From a virus (Duplodnaviria; Heunggongvirae; Uroviricota; Caudoviricetes), in the IMG/VR virus record IMGVR_UViG_3300045988_155182: 64,000 nucleotides of DNA; one strand, 5' to 3'. The translations under genes and the position numbers were made by a program. The notes beneath the pieces were generated by a model. That model was not told the DNA's origin, made no database searches, and saw nothing but the letters and a program-made list of their open reading frames with translations. Of the stretch, positions 39,211-49,744 are shown piece by piece (within the stretch, counting starts at the first letter, position 1; every line of letters begins with the position of its first letter).

Positions 39211-41526
39211 ATGATAAGCATCGTAAAACGTAACGGCCAAACAGAGCCGTTATCCGAAGAAAAATACAACCGCGTCGTAATGTATGGCGTAGAAGGCATT
39301 CGTGGTGTAAGCGCATCCGCTGTAGCAATGGGAGCTGCGGCCAGCATTTTTGATGGGATTACCACCAGCCAGTTGCATGAGGCTTTGGTTAAATCTGCCG
39401 CTGATTTGATCTCACCAGAAGCACCAAATTACTCACAGGTGGCTGCCCGCCTGAACATTTTTAAAATCCGCAAAGATGCCTTCGGTCGTTACGACTATCC
39501 GAACTTCTACCAACACATTGTCAAGAACGTTAACAAGGGCGTTTATGACAAGGATTTGCTGACACATTATTCGTTTGAAGAGATCGAAGAACTCGGCAAT
39601 TACATTAAGCCGAAACGTGACGATCTTTTTGGCTATGCAGCTACGGTGCAGTTGCAAAGCAAATACCTCGTTCAAAACCGTGTTACTGGTGAGATTCATG
39701 AGGGGCCGCAACATATCTATATGCTGGTAGGCATGTGTCTGTTCCAGAATTGGGAAGACGACTGCGCTGGCAAAACACGTATGGAGATGGTCAAAGGTTT
39801 CTATGACGTTACAAGTACGTTCAAACTGTCTCTGCCCACACCAATCATGGCCGGCGTCCGTACTCCAACCCGTCAGTTCTCCAGTTGTGTGCTGATTGAG
39901 TCTGGCGATAGTCTGAAAGGGATTAGTGCAGCTTCAGCCGCAATTATCGACTACGTTTCACGTCGTGCTGGAATTGGTATTGGTTTTGGCCGTATCCGTG
40001 CGCTGGGCAGCGAGATCCGCAATGGTGAAGCCACCCATACCGGAGTTATTCCATTCCTGAAGCATTTCCAGACGGCTGTTAAATCTTGTTCGCAAGGTGG
40101 TGTTCGTGGTGGCGCAGCAACAGCGTTTTACCCGATCTGGCATCTTGAAGTTGAAAGTCTGCTGGTGGTGAAAAATAACCGTGGTATTGATGAAAACCGC
40201 GTTCGCCATCTTGATTACGGCGTCATGAGTAACCGTCTAATGTACCGTCGACTCGTCAGAAGCGAGAACATCACTCTGTTCAGCCCGCATGATGTGCCTG
40301 ATATGTACGAAGCCTTCTTCACAGACCAGGAGCTGTTTGAAAAGCTGTACCATAAATACGAAGCCGATGATTCAATTCGCAAGAAGTCAGTACCTGCCAT
40401 TGAGCTGTTCTCATCTCTGATGCAGGAACGAGCGTCCACGGGCCGAATTTATATTGCGAACGTCGATCATATTAACGAGCATGGCGCTTTCATTCCTGCT
40501 CTTGCACCTGTTCGCCAGTCAAACCTGTGCATGGAGATCACTCTACCCACTCGTCCACTGGCATTTACCGACGACCCGAACGGTGAGATCGCGCTATGCA
40601 CTTTATCCGCTTTTAACCTCGGAGCCATCCGTTCACTGGAGTCTCTTAAAGAGGTGGCGTTCTATGCCGTTGCTGCACTGGATTCGTTACTGGATTATCA
40701 AGACTATCCGATGGAGGCAGCCGAAGTGCCTGCCAAAGCTCGTCGTAGCTTGGGAATTGGTGTAACCAACTTTGCTTATTACCTGGCAAAGAATGGCGTT
40801 CGTTATTCTGATACCGCTGGCAATAAACTGGTGCATGAAACGTTCGAAGCTATCCAGTATTACCTTCTTGATGCCAGCTGCCGACTTGCTGAAGCAAAAG
40901 GTGAGTGTGACTGGTTTGAGCAGACCAAGTACGCAATTGGTCAGTTGCCGATCGACCATTACCGTTCTTCATTAGACGAAAGTGGCGAAACCAACTTTGA
41001 GTTAAAGATGCCGTGGGAAGAACTGCGTGAACGTATTGCAAAATACGGCCTTCGCAACTCCACACTGACGGCACAAATGCCATGCGAGACTTCCAGCCAG
41101 ATCACTAATTCCACCAACGGCATCGAACCGCCTCGTGGCCCGGTGTCGGTGAAATCTTCTAAGGACGGCATCGTTAAGATGGTCGTGCCTGAGTTTGAAA
41201 AACTGAAGGAACAGTATGAATACCTGTGGGATATGCCGGACAACCGCGGCTATCTGACAAAGGTGGCGATCATCCAGAAGTTCTTTGACCAGGCTATTTC
41301 AGCCAATACCAACTATGACCCTTCTCGCTTTGAAGGCGATAAAGTCCCAATGATGACGCTACTGTCAGATTTGCTTCTCGCCTACAAGATGGGAGTTAAA
41401 ACGCTTTACTACCACAACACCAGAGATGGGGCAGGAAAGCGTGATGACGACGAACCGCAGAATCCACTGACGCAAGCTGTAGCCGTCGAGCCAGAAGATG
41501 AGTGCGACGGAGCCTGCAAAATCTGA
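39211..41526 (+). CDS. nrdA: Ribonucleotide reductase class Ia alpha subunit
   Basis: 771 aa; active-site region NLCMEITLP and C-terminal Cys pair (CDGACKI); adjacent nrdB. Confidence 0.9.
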   Translation: MISIVKRNGQTEPLSEEKYNRVVMYGVEGIRGVSASAVAMGAAASIFDGITTSQLHEALVKSAADLISPEAPNYSQVAARLNIFKIRKDAFGRYDYPNFYQHIVKNVNKGVYDKDLLTHYSFEEIEELGNYIKPKRDDLFGYAATVQLQSKYLVQNRVTGEIHEGPQHIYMLVGMCLFQNWEDDCAGKTRMEMVKGFYDVTSTFKLSLPTPIMAGVRTPTRQFSSCVLIESGDSLKGISAASAAIIDYVSRRAGIGIGFGRIRALGSEIRNGEATHTGVIPFLKHFQTAVKSCSQGGVRGGAATAFYPIWHLEVESLLVVKNNRGIDENRVRHLDYGVMSNRLMYRRLVRSENITLFSPHDVPDMYEAFFTDQELFEKLYHKYEADDSIRKKSVPAIELFSSLMQERASTGRIYIANVDHINEHGAFIPALAPVRQSNLCMEITLPTRPLAFTDDPNGEIALCTLSAFNLGAIRSLESLKEVAFYAVAALDSLLDYQDYPMEAAEVPAKARRSLGIGVTNFAYYLAKNGVRYSDTAGNKLVHETFEAIQYYLLDASCRLAEAKGECDWFEQTKYAIGQLPIDHYRSSLDESGETNFELKMPWEELRERIAKYGLRNSTLTAQMPCETSSQITNSTNGIEPPRGPVSVKSSKDGIVKMVVPEFEKLKEQYEYLWDMPDNRGYLTKVAIIQKFFDQAISANTNYDPSRFEGDKVPMMTLLSDLLLAYKMGVKTLYYHNTRDGAGKRDDDEPQNPLTQAVAVEPEDECDGACKI

Positions 41527-41632
41527 CATATGGTGGGGGATATCCCCACCTTCTCTTTGATTTGTAAGCCTTGTTTAAACACATAAGATAACAACTTGTT
41601 TAAACGCACCAAAAAAGAAAAAGGAAAAACAC

Positions 41633-42775
41633 ATGTCATATTCAACGTTCCGTTTGGGTGCTAATGATGCAACCAAAGAGCCTATGTTCCTCGGACAATC
41701 TGTCAACGTGGCACGTTACGATCAGCAAAAATACCGTGATTTTGAAAAGTTGATTGAACGTCAATTGTCTTTCTTCTGGCGGCCGGAAGAAGTTGATATT
41801 TCGAGCGATCGTATCGACTTCAACACGAAGCTGCGGGACCACGAACGTCACATTTTTCTGAGCAATCTCCGTTATCAAACGTTACTCGATTCAGTTCAGG
41901 GACGTAGTCCAAATGCAACGCTGCTGCCGCTTATCTCTATTCCTGAACTGGAAACGTGGGTTGAAACGTGGTCTTTCTCTGAGACTATCCATAGCCGCAG
42001 CTACACCCACATTATTCGTGGCATGGTGGACGATCCGAGCATTGTTTTTGACGGTATTGTTACGGATGAAGAAATCATCAACCGAGCGATCAGTATCTCT
42101 GCTGAATATGACAGGCTTTATGGGATGACCTGCGAGCGCCAGTCGTTAGGTGAGAAGGAGTTTGAACGTCTGTACGTAAATGAATATGGCTGGGAGCCAT
42201 ACCCTTTGCACCGTCAGCTTTTCCGCACGTTGGTGTCCATTAATGCGCTTGAGGCGATCCGTTTCTATGTAAGTTTTGCATGTACGTTTGCCTTTGGCGA
42301 ACGGAAGTTGCTTGAGGGTAACACCAAAATTATGCGCTTTATTGCCCGTGATGAAGCTCTGCATTGCGAAGGAACTGAACGCATGATCCGCTTCATGCGT
42401 ACCGGTCGCGAAGGTTTATTGTGGAAAGAGATTGCTGCTGATGAAGAAAACGTCATTTACGACACCATGAAATCAGTCGCCGAACAAGAAATGAACTGGG
42501 CAGACTATCTCTTCAAAGACGGTTCGATGATTGGTTTAAACGCGGATATTCTCAAAACCTATGTAAAATACCGCACCAATCTGGCTATGAATCGTCTTGG
42601 CCTGAAGGCTTTATTTCCAGAGGTTACCACCGATCCGCTGGTCTGGATGAACAAGTGGTTGTTAACCGACACACTGCAAATTGCACCACAAGAGGCAGAG
42701 CAAAGCACATATCTGGTAGGTCAGATCGATTCTACCGTGGATAAGGCTTCTCTAAGCCAGTTTGCTGACCTGTAA
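41633..42775 (+). CDS. nrdB: Ribonucleotide reductase class Ia beta subunit
   Basis: 380 aa; near-colinear with E. coli NrdB ([53 protein letters not shown]). Confidence 0.9.
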   Translation: MSYSTFRLGANDATKEPMFLGQSVNVARYDQQKYRDFEKLIERQLSFFWRPEEVDISSDRIDFNTKLRDHERHIFLSNLRYQTLLDSVQGRSPNATLLPLISIPELETWVETWSFSETIHSRSYTHIIRGMVDDPSIVFDGIVTDEEIINRAISISAEYDRLYGMTCERQSLGEKEFERLYVNEYGWEPYPLHRQLFRTLVSINALEAIRFYVSFACTFAFGERKLLEGNTKIMRFIARDEALHCEGTERMIRFMRTGREGLLWKEIAADEENVIYDTMKSVAEQEMNWADYLFKDGSMIGLNADILKTYVKYRTNLAMNRLGLKALFPEVTTDPLVWMNKWLLTDTLQIAPQEAEQSTYLVGQIDSTVDKASLSQFADL

Positions 42776-42852
42776 ACCGATACAAAGCATTATGTGGCCT
42801 GGCAACGCTGGGCCACAATGGATCACAAGAATTAAGAAGGAACAAAACTAGC

Positions 42853-43722
42853 ATGAACTTTACCAAACTGACTGACCACCTGAAACTTGCCACCGATCGA
42901 CTCATTGGATTTAAGCCAGAACCATATGAGTTGCATGAAGGTCATGGTGTAGCTACTGAAAGTATTTACAAGATGGTCGATCAGTTTCATGAACTCTTCC
43001 AGCATCCGAGACGCGTTATGCCGACACCAGAGCTGCTTCGTCTCCGTGCAAGCCTGATTCATGAAGAAGCTGTAGTGGAAGGTATTCCAGCCGCAATGAA
43101 TGGGGATATTGAGCAACTGCTGGATGCAATGGCCGACTTTTTATACGTTGGTGTTGGTACGATGGTCGCCATCAAAGGTGGTATTTCTACCGGCATGACC
43201 TATTACACGCAGGAACAGAGCATTGATCGCTTTATGCAGACAATTTTTGTGCCTGGTAACACTGTTTTCGATGATATGGCAATGCCATTTCAGGAAGCTC
43301 GTGAGGCGTCATGTATGCTCGAAGAGCTGGCAGATAAACTTGAGAACAAGACTGTTAAGGATTCTGAGCTGATTCAGGAACTGCGCCGTGTCATGAACAA
43401 AATCTATGTGGCGTGCATGATGACCTATCGACTGGCTGATTTCCTCGGTATCAATGTAGTCGAGCTGGTTGGCGAAATTCATCGGTCTAACATGACAAAA
43501 TTATGGCCTGCTGATGTTGAGGAACGTCGCCAGGCTGTGGCCAACTGCAAATACGACTCTTCAGATCTGGGATTCCGCCATGCTGATGGCACCGATAAGA
43601 TGATCGGTTTTCGAATTTCCGATGGAAAGATTCTGAAGTCTCCAACCTATAGTGATGTCGATTTATCCTCCTTTGTTGAGCAAGCTAAAGCCTCAGCAAT
43701 GTACGGAATGATCAAAAAATAA
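42853..43722 (+). CDS. Hypothetical protein, possibly a MazG-like all-alpha NTP pyrophosphohydrolase
   Basis: EE..VEG.......EQLLDAMADFLYV resembles MazG/HisE helices; weak. Confidence 0.3.
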   Translation: MNFTKLTDHLKLATDRLIGFKPEPYELHEGHGVATESIYKMVDQFHELFQHPRRVMPTPELLRLRASLIHEEAVVEGIPAAMNGDIEQLLDAMADFLYVGVGTMVAIKGGISTGMTYYTQEQSIDRFMQTIFVPGNTVFDDMAMPFQEAREASCMLEELADKLENKTVKDSELIQELRRVMNKIYVACMMTYRLADFLGINVVELVGEIHRSNMTKLWPADVEERRQAVANCKYDSSDLGFRHADGTDKMIGFRISDGKILKSPTYSDVDLSSFVEQAKASAMYGMIKK

Positions 43723-43791
43723 TTGTAGGTAGTTATCTATCTGTGTATATTGCGTTGGCGCGTTAAATTTCTGAAACAACTATTCGTTTTT

Positions 43792-43818
43792 GGTGGCCTA
43801 TGGCCACCATTTTTTTAT
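43792..43818 (+). terminator. Rho-independent terminator
   Basis: ggtggcc tat ggccacc followed by atttttttat. Confidence 0.65.
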
Positions 43819-43893
43819 CTGTCTGGTCTTGTTCTCTCAATAAATGTAAACTCACGCAATGAATAAGTGGTTACTTATCTTTGTGAGGTTTTT

Positions 43894-44997
43894 GTGTCAC
43901 TCCTTTTGAATCGTGAGCATACGAACGGTCAGGTAACAAACGCATCGTATGCAAAAGTTATTGAGACGGTGCTTAAAAGCGGCGTGCAGGCTGATGATCG
44001 CACAGGCACTGGTACTTTAAGCACCTGCTACGTTCCCTCTTACTACATGCTTACTGGTGGGACTGTGCCGCTTATTTCTGGAAAGGCGGTAAATCTTAAG
44101 CCACTGCTTGTCGAACTTGAGTGGTATCTGAAAGGCACGGGCAACATCCAATTTCTCAAGGATAACGGCGTTAAGATTTGGGATGCATGGGCCGATGAGA
44201 ATGGCGATTTGGGGCCGGTTTACGGTAAGCAGTGGCGTCGATGGGAAGATACCCGCATCGTGAGCCATAGTGAATATCTGAGCAAGATCGCTACTTTCCG
44301 TGAACGCGGGTACAAAGTCGAGGGATACCTGGGTATCAGTGAAGATCGCGTAGTGCTGTCCCGTGAAATCGATCAGCTACAGCGTATTGTCGATACACTG
44401 CGCACGAACCCTACCGATCGTCGCATCATGCTTAACGCATGGAACGTAGGCGAGCTTGAGGATATGAAACTGCCACCTTGCCACTTTGTCTTCTCTTTGT
44501 GGAGTCGTGAGCTGGATTTTGAAACCCGTTTAACGATGGCAACTGACATTGGTCTTCAACACAGTCGCCTCGGTTACGAGTCTATCTACACCAAGATGCT
44601 ATACGATCTGGAGATGGACGGCAGTGTTACTGAAGCTGAACTGGATGAACTTGGAATCCCCAAACGCATCCTCAACTCCTGCCTCGTACAGCGTAGCGTA
44701 GACACTTTTGTTGGTATGCCATTCAATATTGCTGGCTATGGCATTCTCACTCATTTTCTCGCGAAGATTACGGGTCACATGGCCGGTGCATTTGTGCATT
44801 TTGGCTTTGACGTGCATTTGTACAACAACCACATGGAAGGTGTGTGTGAGCTAATGAAACGACAGGCTCCAGAGCATTCAGATCCGGTCGTTATTTTCCC
44901 TCATGAATGGTCAGAGTTGGATGATTTCAAATGGGACGAGGTTTTAATTCTTGGCTATGACCCTCTATCGTGGATCAAGGTTCCAGTGGCGGTGTGA
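43894..44997 (+). CDS. Thymidylate synthase (ThyA) family enzyme with two internal insertions
   Basis: DRTGTGT, WADENGDLGPVYGKQWRRW, RRIMLNAWNVGELEDMKLPPCH and QRSVD...GMPFNIAGY match ThyA motifs; about 50-aa inserts interrupt the alignment; start uncertain (GTG at 43894 after GAGG; track start 43867 is also GTG). Confidence 0.8.
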   Translation: MSLLLNREHTNGQVTNASYAKVIETVLKSGVQADDRTGTGTLSTCYVPSYYMLTGGTVPLISGKAVNLKPLLVELEWYLKGTGNIQFLKDNGVKIWDAWADENGDLGPVYGKQWRRWEDTRIVSHSEYLSKIATFRERGYKVEGYLGISEDRVVLSREIDQLQRIVDTLRTNPTDRRIMLNAWNVGELEDMKLPPCHFVFSLWSRELDFETRLTMATDIGLQHSRLGYESIYTKMLYDLEMDGSVTEAELDELGIPKRILNSCLVQRSVDTFVGMPFNIAGYGILTHFLAKITGHMAGAFVHFGFDVHLYNNHMEGVCELMKRQAPEHSDPVVIFPHEWSELDDFKWDEVLILGYDPLSWIKVPVAV

Positions 44998-44998
44998 T

Positions 44999-45412
44999 AT
45001 GGCAAGAGGTATGTATGTCTTATGCGAAATTGAAGGTGTGCTGGCAAATGCCAGCCATCGTAAATCAGTATCTGACGCGGATGCAGGCCAGCTCATTGCC
45101 GGTGATGAACTCATTTTCCCCACCAGCCGTATGTTGCGTGGTTTTGCTCGCTCAGGGGCTGAAGTGGTGCTTATCAGTAGCCGCTCTGAAACTCTTGAAG
45201 CGCCAACTAAACGATGGCTGAAAGATTTTGGCGTTGATTATGACTGGCTTCATCTCGTACCGAATGGCACCAGTTATGAGAAGCATATTAAGCGCACATT
45301 AGCGGAGCATAAAGGCGATCTGCTTATCGCTGCGCTGGTGCACGATCCTCGACTCCGTGCCGCTTTAGCCGACTCTCACCATCGACCGGTCATCTATGAG
45401 GTGAGCAAATGA
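44999..45412 (+). CDS. Hypothetical protein (possible HAD-like nucleotidase; weak)
   Basis: ATG immediately after the ThyA stop; 137 aa. Confidence 0.3.
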   Translation: MARGMYVLCEIEGVLANASHRKSVSDADAGQLIAGDELIFPTSRMLRGFARSGAEVVLISSRSETLEAPTKRWLKDFGVDYDWLHLVPNGTSYEKHIKRTLAEHKGDLLIAALVHDPRLRAALADSHHRPVIYEVSK

Positions 45413-45885
45413 AGATGATCGCTGCTGTTGGCCGTAACTATGAGATCGGCATAGCGAATGAACTCCCCTGGCGTTGTTCTACCGATCTGAAGCTATTTAA
45501 GAGACTCACCAAAAACGCCACTGTCGTTATGGGGCGTAAAACGATGGAAAGTCTCAAACGCCCTCTTCCAGAGCGTCATAACCTCGTTTTGACGCGCTCT
45601 CATGGCTTTGTACCAAATGGATTCTACCCTGCTGGTGTGGATGATGTGTTGCGATTACCAGAGCCTGTGTGGGTGATTGGCGGGGAACAAATTTACTCGC
45701 TATTCATGCCGCATGTTGAAGAGATTTGGCTCTCCCACATCGGCGTTGATGTGCCAAACGCCGATGCATTCTTCCCGGCAAGCATGATGCGTAATTTAGG
45801 CTTTGTGCCTGTTGAAACAGCTTATACCCAACGAGCCAGCGAGGAAGAGCCTGGCTTTTCGCAGATCGTATACAGAAGGTCGTAA
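45409..45885 (+). CDS. Dihydrofolate reductase
   Basis: IAAVGRNYEIGIANELPW...VVMGRKTMESLKRPLPER...VIGGEQIY pattern of FolA/T4 Frd. Confidence 0.8.
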   Translation: MKMIAAVGRNYEIGIANELPWRCSTDLKLFKRLTKNATVVMGRKTMESLKRPLPERHNLVLTRSHGFVPNGFYPAGVDDVLRLPEPVWVIGGEQIYSLFMPHVEEIWLSHIGVDVPNADAFFPASMMRNLGFVPVETAYTQRASEEEPGFSQIVYRRS

Positions 45886-46529
45886 TGGATTACCGGATTG
45901 GGATCACTGGTGCTCAGGGCAGTGGGAAAACAACCCTGGCTAAATATATCGACAAACATTACGGAATCCCTTACGTGGATGCTGGTGTCGGAAGTTTGAT
46001 GAGCCGCCTCGGTGTTCGAGTAGGTGATTCTATGCCTCTATATGAGCGGCTTCAGATTCAAATGGAAATAGCAAAGCATATAGAGCTACTTACGCGTGGT
46101 GTTGAAGGCTTTGTTATCGATCGCACACCTGCTGATGTTATGGCCTACACGTTGGATTTGGTCGGCCATACAAATGAAGATCGGTGTATTGAGTTAGCCC
46201 TCGATATCGAAAAGTTTTGCCACAAAACTGCTATTTCAAACTTTAACGCCATTGCTGGCTTACGCCCGGGAGTCGCTCTCTCAGAGCGAGATTACTTGCG
46301 ATCACAACGAGCATCATTAGACCGTCTGTATGTCGCTCGTATTGATGCGTTGATGTGCGGGGAACTGACAAAAATTCACCTGCATCCGCAAAGGGGAGAT
46401 CTGCAAACCTTCGTCGTTTCCAACCGATATCGCACGGTTGAAGCAAGAGCCAGATCAGTAATGAGAATGCTAGATAACGCTGTAGAAAAGATAGAAAACC
46501 GGTTCTGTGGCCGAGTGACCGTTCATTAG
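45885..46529 (+). CDS. P-loop nucleotide/nucleoside kinase (dNMP-kinase-like)
   Basis: Walker A GITGAQGSGKTT at the N-terminus; sits in the nucleotide-metabolism block. Confidence 0.5.
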   Translation: MDYRIGITGAQGSGKTTLAKYIDKHYGIPYVDAGVGSLMSRLGVRVGDSMPLYERLQIQMEIAKHIELLTRGVEGFVIDRTPADVMAYTLDLVGHTNEDRCIELALDIEKFCHKTAISNFNAIAGLRPGVALSERDYLRSQRASLDRLYVARIDALMCGELTKIHLHPQRGDLQTFVVSNRYRTVEARARSVMRMLDNAVEKIENRFCGRVTVH

Positions 46530-46590
46530 AAATTGTTCGCCTCTTCGACATTGCGACAATAAAACTCTCAAAATGGGTTAAGGATAAAAA

Positions 46591-47010
46591 ATGTTTAGTG
46601 AAATGTTGCTTGAAGATGAACTGGATCGGAAAACAACAGAGGCTTTGATTCGTGTAGCGGACGAACATTCCCGGTCGCTTATGAGCGATCGAGAGGCTCG
46701 TCTGGCTATTCGTGCCATATTCGAAACTGCGCAGGGGCTTGTTGGTACACAAGTGGGTGAAGCCATTAACATCGCCATGTCTCAGTTCAGTGAAGGCAGT
46801 AAAAAGCCTCTGTTTCCTATGCATTTGATGCTGGCTGGTGGCACGGTGCTTTATATCTCTGTTTGTCTGGATAGCAACCAAATCAATATTCTCAACACTG
46901 TGTCAGGTAAGTGGAAAGATCCGATTGTCTGTGAAACCAGTGAAGAAACTTTGAAAAAAGCGGCTCAATTTGTACGTAGCGCACTACTTAAGGGCGCTAA
47001 GAAGTTGTAA
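46591..47010 (+). CDS. Hypothetical protein
   Basis: 139 aa ORF. Confidence 0.35.
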   Translation: MFSEMLLEDELDRKTTEALIRVADEHSRSLMSDREARLAIRAIFETAQGLVGTQVGEAINIAMSQFSEGSKKPLFPMHLMLAGGTVLYISVCLDSNQINILNTVSGKWKDPIVCETSEETLKKAAQFVRSALLKGAKKL

Positions 47011-47019
47011 GGAGTTCTG

Positions 47020-47577
47020 ATGACAACGATTGTTGCAGGCATCGATATCGAGTCTACGGGACTGGATTTCCTTGCTGGTCATAAAATTATTGAAATCGCA
47101 ATTACCCGCTATGAACTGGAGACACAGAGACATATTGATAGTCTGGAGATGCGTTTTAACCCTCGCAGAAACATAGATCCGAAAGCTCAAGCCGTTCATG
47201 GCATTTCATTGGAACAGCTCGCAGCTGAACCTTTGTTGTCAAATCATGCCAGCGAAATTGGCGCTTATATGGGGGCATGTAGTGTGTGGGTTGCTCATAA
47301 CGGCGAAGCATTTGATATACCATTTATTCGACACGAGTTTTCAGGGTATGGAGTAAGACTGCCAGAAGTTCCTGTTATAGATACTATGTTATCGGGATTG
47401 TGGGCCACAGAAGACGGTAAACGTCCCCGCCTTGAAGAGTTGGCCTTCTCTCTTGGCTTTATATACGATCATGCCAAAGCACATAGTGCCTTATATGACA
47501 CAAACTTAATGATGCAATGCTTCTTTAAGGCACGTAATAAGTACGGATTTTTTAAATTACCCTCTGAAATTGTGTAA
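47020..47577 (+). CDS. DnaQ-like 3'-5' proofreading exonuclease (DEDDh)
   Basis: Exo I IDIESTG, GHKIIEIA, Exo II VAHNGEAFDIPF, Exo III HSALYDTNL; closely parallels E. coli Pol III epsilon. Confidence 0.8.
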   Translation: MTTIVAGIDIESTGLDFLAGHKIIEIAITRYELETQRHIDSLEMRFNPRRNIDPKAQAVHGISLEQLAAEPLLSNHASEIGAYMGACSVWVAHNGEAFDIPFIRHEFSGYGVRLPEVPVIDTMLSGLWATEDGKRPRLEELAFSLGFIYDHAKAHSALYDTNLMMQCFFKARNKYGFFKLPSEIV

Positions 47578-47581
47578 AACA

Positions 47582-47620
47582 AAAGCCTACTTTAAAAAGT
47601 TTAAAGTAGGCTTTCTTTTA
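47582..47620 (+). terminator. Rho-independent terminator
   Basis: aaagcctactttaaa aagt ttaaagtaggcttt followed by ctttta. Confidence 0.65.
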
Positions 47621-47735
47621 AAGAACAGTCGCCTTTTAATCATTTCCTGCCTGTATTTAATACTTTTCCGCCTGATAGGTTTAGTCAAAATGTAGCCATC
47701 GAAACGCAAATGTAACCAAACAGAAGGAGACTTAC

Positions 47736-48545
47736 ATGAGTTCGGTTGAAAATGTAATGACAAATGATGATCTGGACGAGCTGACAGCCATGTTGCAATC
47801 ACTTGATGAACCAGTAAAAAAAGCTGCACAGGTTGAAAATACTGATGATATTGACGATCTGCTGCTCGGCCTAGATGCTGGCGTAGCCATGAGTTCTGAT
47901 GATGTTGCCGAAGAACTGTTCAATGAAGAAAAAGCAGGTGATTTCAGCTCTGCTTTAAATGAGTTGGAGTTAGCGCATGAGCCTATAAACGTAATTAACG
48001 CTGAAAGTGTTGAAGCTGCCGAAAACGAGCCAGAACAATTGGGATTTATTGAGGTTGAAGAGTGTGTTGAGGTTAATGATGAATTAAAAGTTCAACAGTC
48101 AAATGATAGCAATACAAATAAAAAAGCTCGTACTGCAAGAGGTCCTCGTTTTACTTTAAGTGATAAAGATGATTCGTTTTTCAATAAAGCGGGCTTAGAA
48201 AAAGATATTTTCTTAGACGCTTACGATAACGCGCCTGTCAAAGCAAAGGATAAGATATTAAACCTTCTTAATTGGTTTAGCGGAGGTCCAGATATTAGTG
48301 TTTACACGGTAATTTCCATGAGACACCTTCTCACAGAAAAGAAGGCTACAAGTAATAGTATTAAGATTGCTTTAATGAGCAATCCAGAAAAACCGTATCC
48401 GCTTAACACTGCGTCAACTCAGGCTGGGCAAATGATGGCTGTATTTCCAGCGACAGGAATTGCCGTTAGAGACGGTGGAAATCTAACATTGAACGAAGAA
48501 TCACCGATCGTTAAGAAGTTTGTCGCGGAGTACACTATTGGATGA
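47736..48545 (+). CDS. Hypothetical acidic protein
   Basis: 269 aa, D/E-rich N-terminal half. Confidence 0.35.
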   Translation: MSSVENVMTNDDLDELTAMLQSLDEPVKKAAQVENTDDIDDLLLGLDAGVAMSSDDVAEELFNEEKAGDFSSALNELELAHEPINVINAESVEAAENEPEQLGFIEVEECVEVNDELKVQQSNDSNTNKKARTARGPRFTLSDKDDSFFNKAGLEKDIFLDAYDNAPVKAKDKILNLLNWFSGGPDISVYTVISMRHLLTEKKATSNSIKIALMSNPEKPYPLNTASTQAGQMMAVFPATGIAVRDGGNLTLNEESPIVKKFVAEYTIG

Positions 48546-48728
48546 CGTTCCCCTACTGAAAATAAAGCCCATAGAGAGCTTTATAGTGCTGGGCAAGCCA
48601 ATCACATACCCAGCACCACAAAAACGCGCCAGAGAGCTTCTCGTTTGCATTTCTGGCGTGTTTTATTTGATTGCCAGACATAAAATCAAATGCAAAAATA
48701 GGTATTTACTTACCTATCGAGAAAGAAG

Positions 48729-49322
48729 ATGATTGCAGCCGAAAAAATCAAACAGCGAAAGCGCGACAACTCTCTTCGTGACCTCTGGAGAACACCTGAC
48801 TGGCTGTTTTCTGCCATTCAACGTTATCTTGGGGTGACATTTGATGTTGACGTTGCCTGCAACAAGGACAATGCAAAGCTGCCTAATTTCATAGGCGTTG
48901 AGCGTGATGCTTTGAAATCTGAATGGGGACAGCCAGGTACAATTGCCTTCCTCAATCCCCCCTACTCCAAAATCTCCCCCTGGATTGATGCGGCTATACG
49001 TGAGCAGGCTCGCGGAGTTACAACAGTGATGCTAATTCCTCAATCCCTAGATACAAAGTGGTATGAGCGTGCAACAGAGTGTGCGAATGAGACGATTATT
49101 CTGTCTGGTGGCCGCGTAGCGTTTGTCGAGCCTGACGTCAATCTGGGTCAGGTAGAAGTAAACATCAACCCAGGTGGCAGTATGCTCGTTGTTTTTCGAG
49201 GATTCTGTCAGGACGCTGGGCACTCTATAAGCAAGATCCCTTTGGACGTCATGAAAAGTCTGGGAGGGTATGATCCTGCGAATGTGATCAGGAAAAAAAG
49301 ACCATCAAAGAAGGCTGCTTAG
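48729..49322 (+). CDS. Phage-type DNA N6-adenine methyltransferase (Dam_N6 family)
   Basis: WRTPDWLF, FDVDVACN and catalytic NPPYS motifs. Confidence 0.7.
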   Translation: MIAAEKIKQRKRDNSLRDLWRTPDWLFSAIQRYLGVTFDVDVACNKDNAKLPNFIGVERDALKSEWGQPGTIAFLNPPYSKISPWIDAAIREQARGVTTVMLIPQSLDTKWYERATECANETIILSGGRVAFVEPDVNLGQVEVNINPGGSMLVVFRGFCQDAGHSISKIPLDVMKSLGGYDPANVIRKKRPSKKAA

Positions 49323-49345
49323 TTTGTTCTGGCGTCTGTAATTAG

Positions 49346-49408
49346 CCTGCTTCTGTATATATAAATAACTACATATTAATTATTAATATACGGAAGCAGG
49401 CTGTTTTG
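49346..49408 (+). repeat. Conserved long hairpin element, copy 2 (terminator-like, after the methyltransferase)
   Basis: cctgcttctgtatatataaata ... tatacggaagcagg followed by ctgtttt; arms match 3730..3791. Confidence 0.6.
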
Positions 49409-49507
49409 TATCAGAGACTCCAGACCTGAACATCACTACAGAATCCACTAGAACCCCTTCCCAGACGCTTTAAAATCGATTTTATGAATCACTTTAAGGA
49501 AACTAAC

Positions 49508-49738
49508 ATGTCATACCCGACTAATGTCGTTGCGCTCGTAGAGAGCGATTTTCTGGCCCAGGCCCGTGAAATGATGAAAGATCGCGAGCAGGCTTTCAAC
49601 TTGTACGAATGGGCAATTAAGTGCTTGCATCTTGGGGAGCATCGCGAACTTGTTGAACAGCTTTTAGGTGAGTTGATCAACGAGGTGTTTGCCTTGAATG
49701 TTCAACTACATGGTCGAGAAAATAATCAATCGAAATGA
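49508..49738 (+). CDS. Hypothetical small protein
   Basis: ATG at 49508 with AAGGA RBS 7 nt upstream. Confidence 0.3.
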   Translation: MSYPTNVVALVESDFLAQAREMMKDREQAFNLYEWAIKCLHLGEHRELVEQLLGELINEVFALNVQLHGRENNQSK

Positions 49739-49744
49739 TAGATA

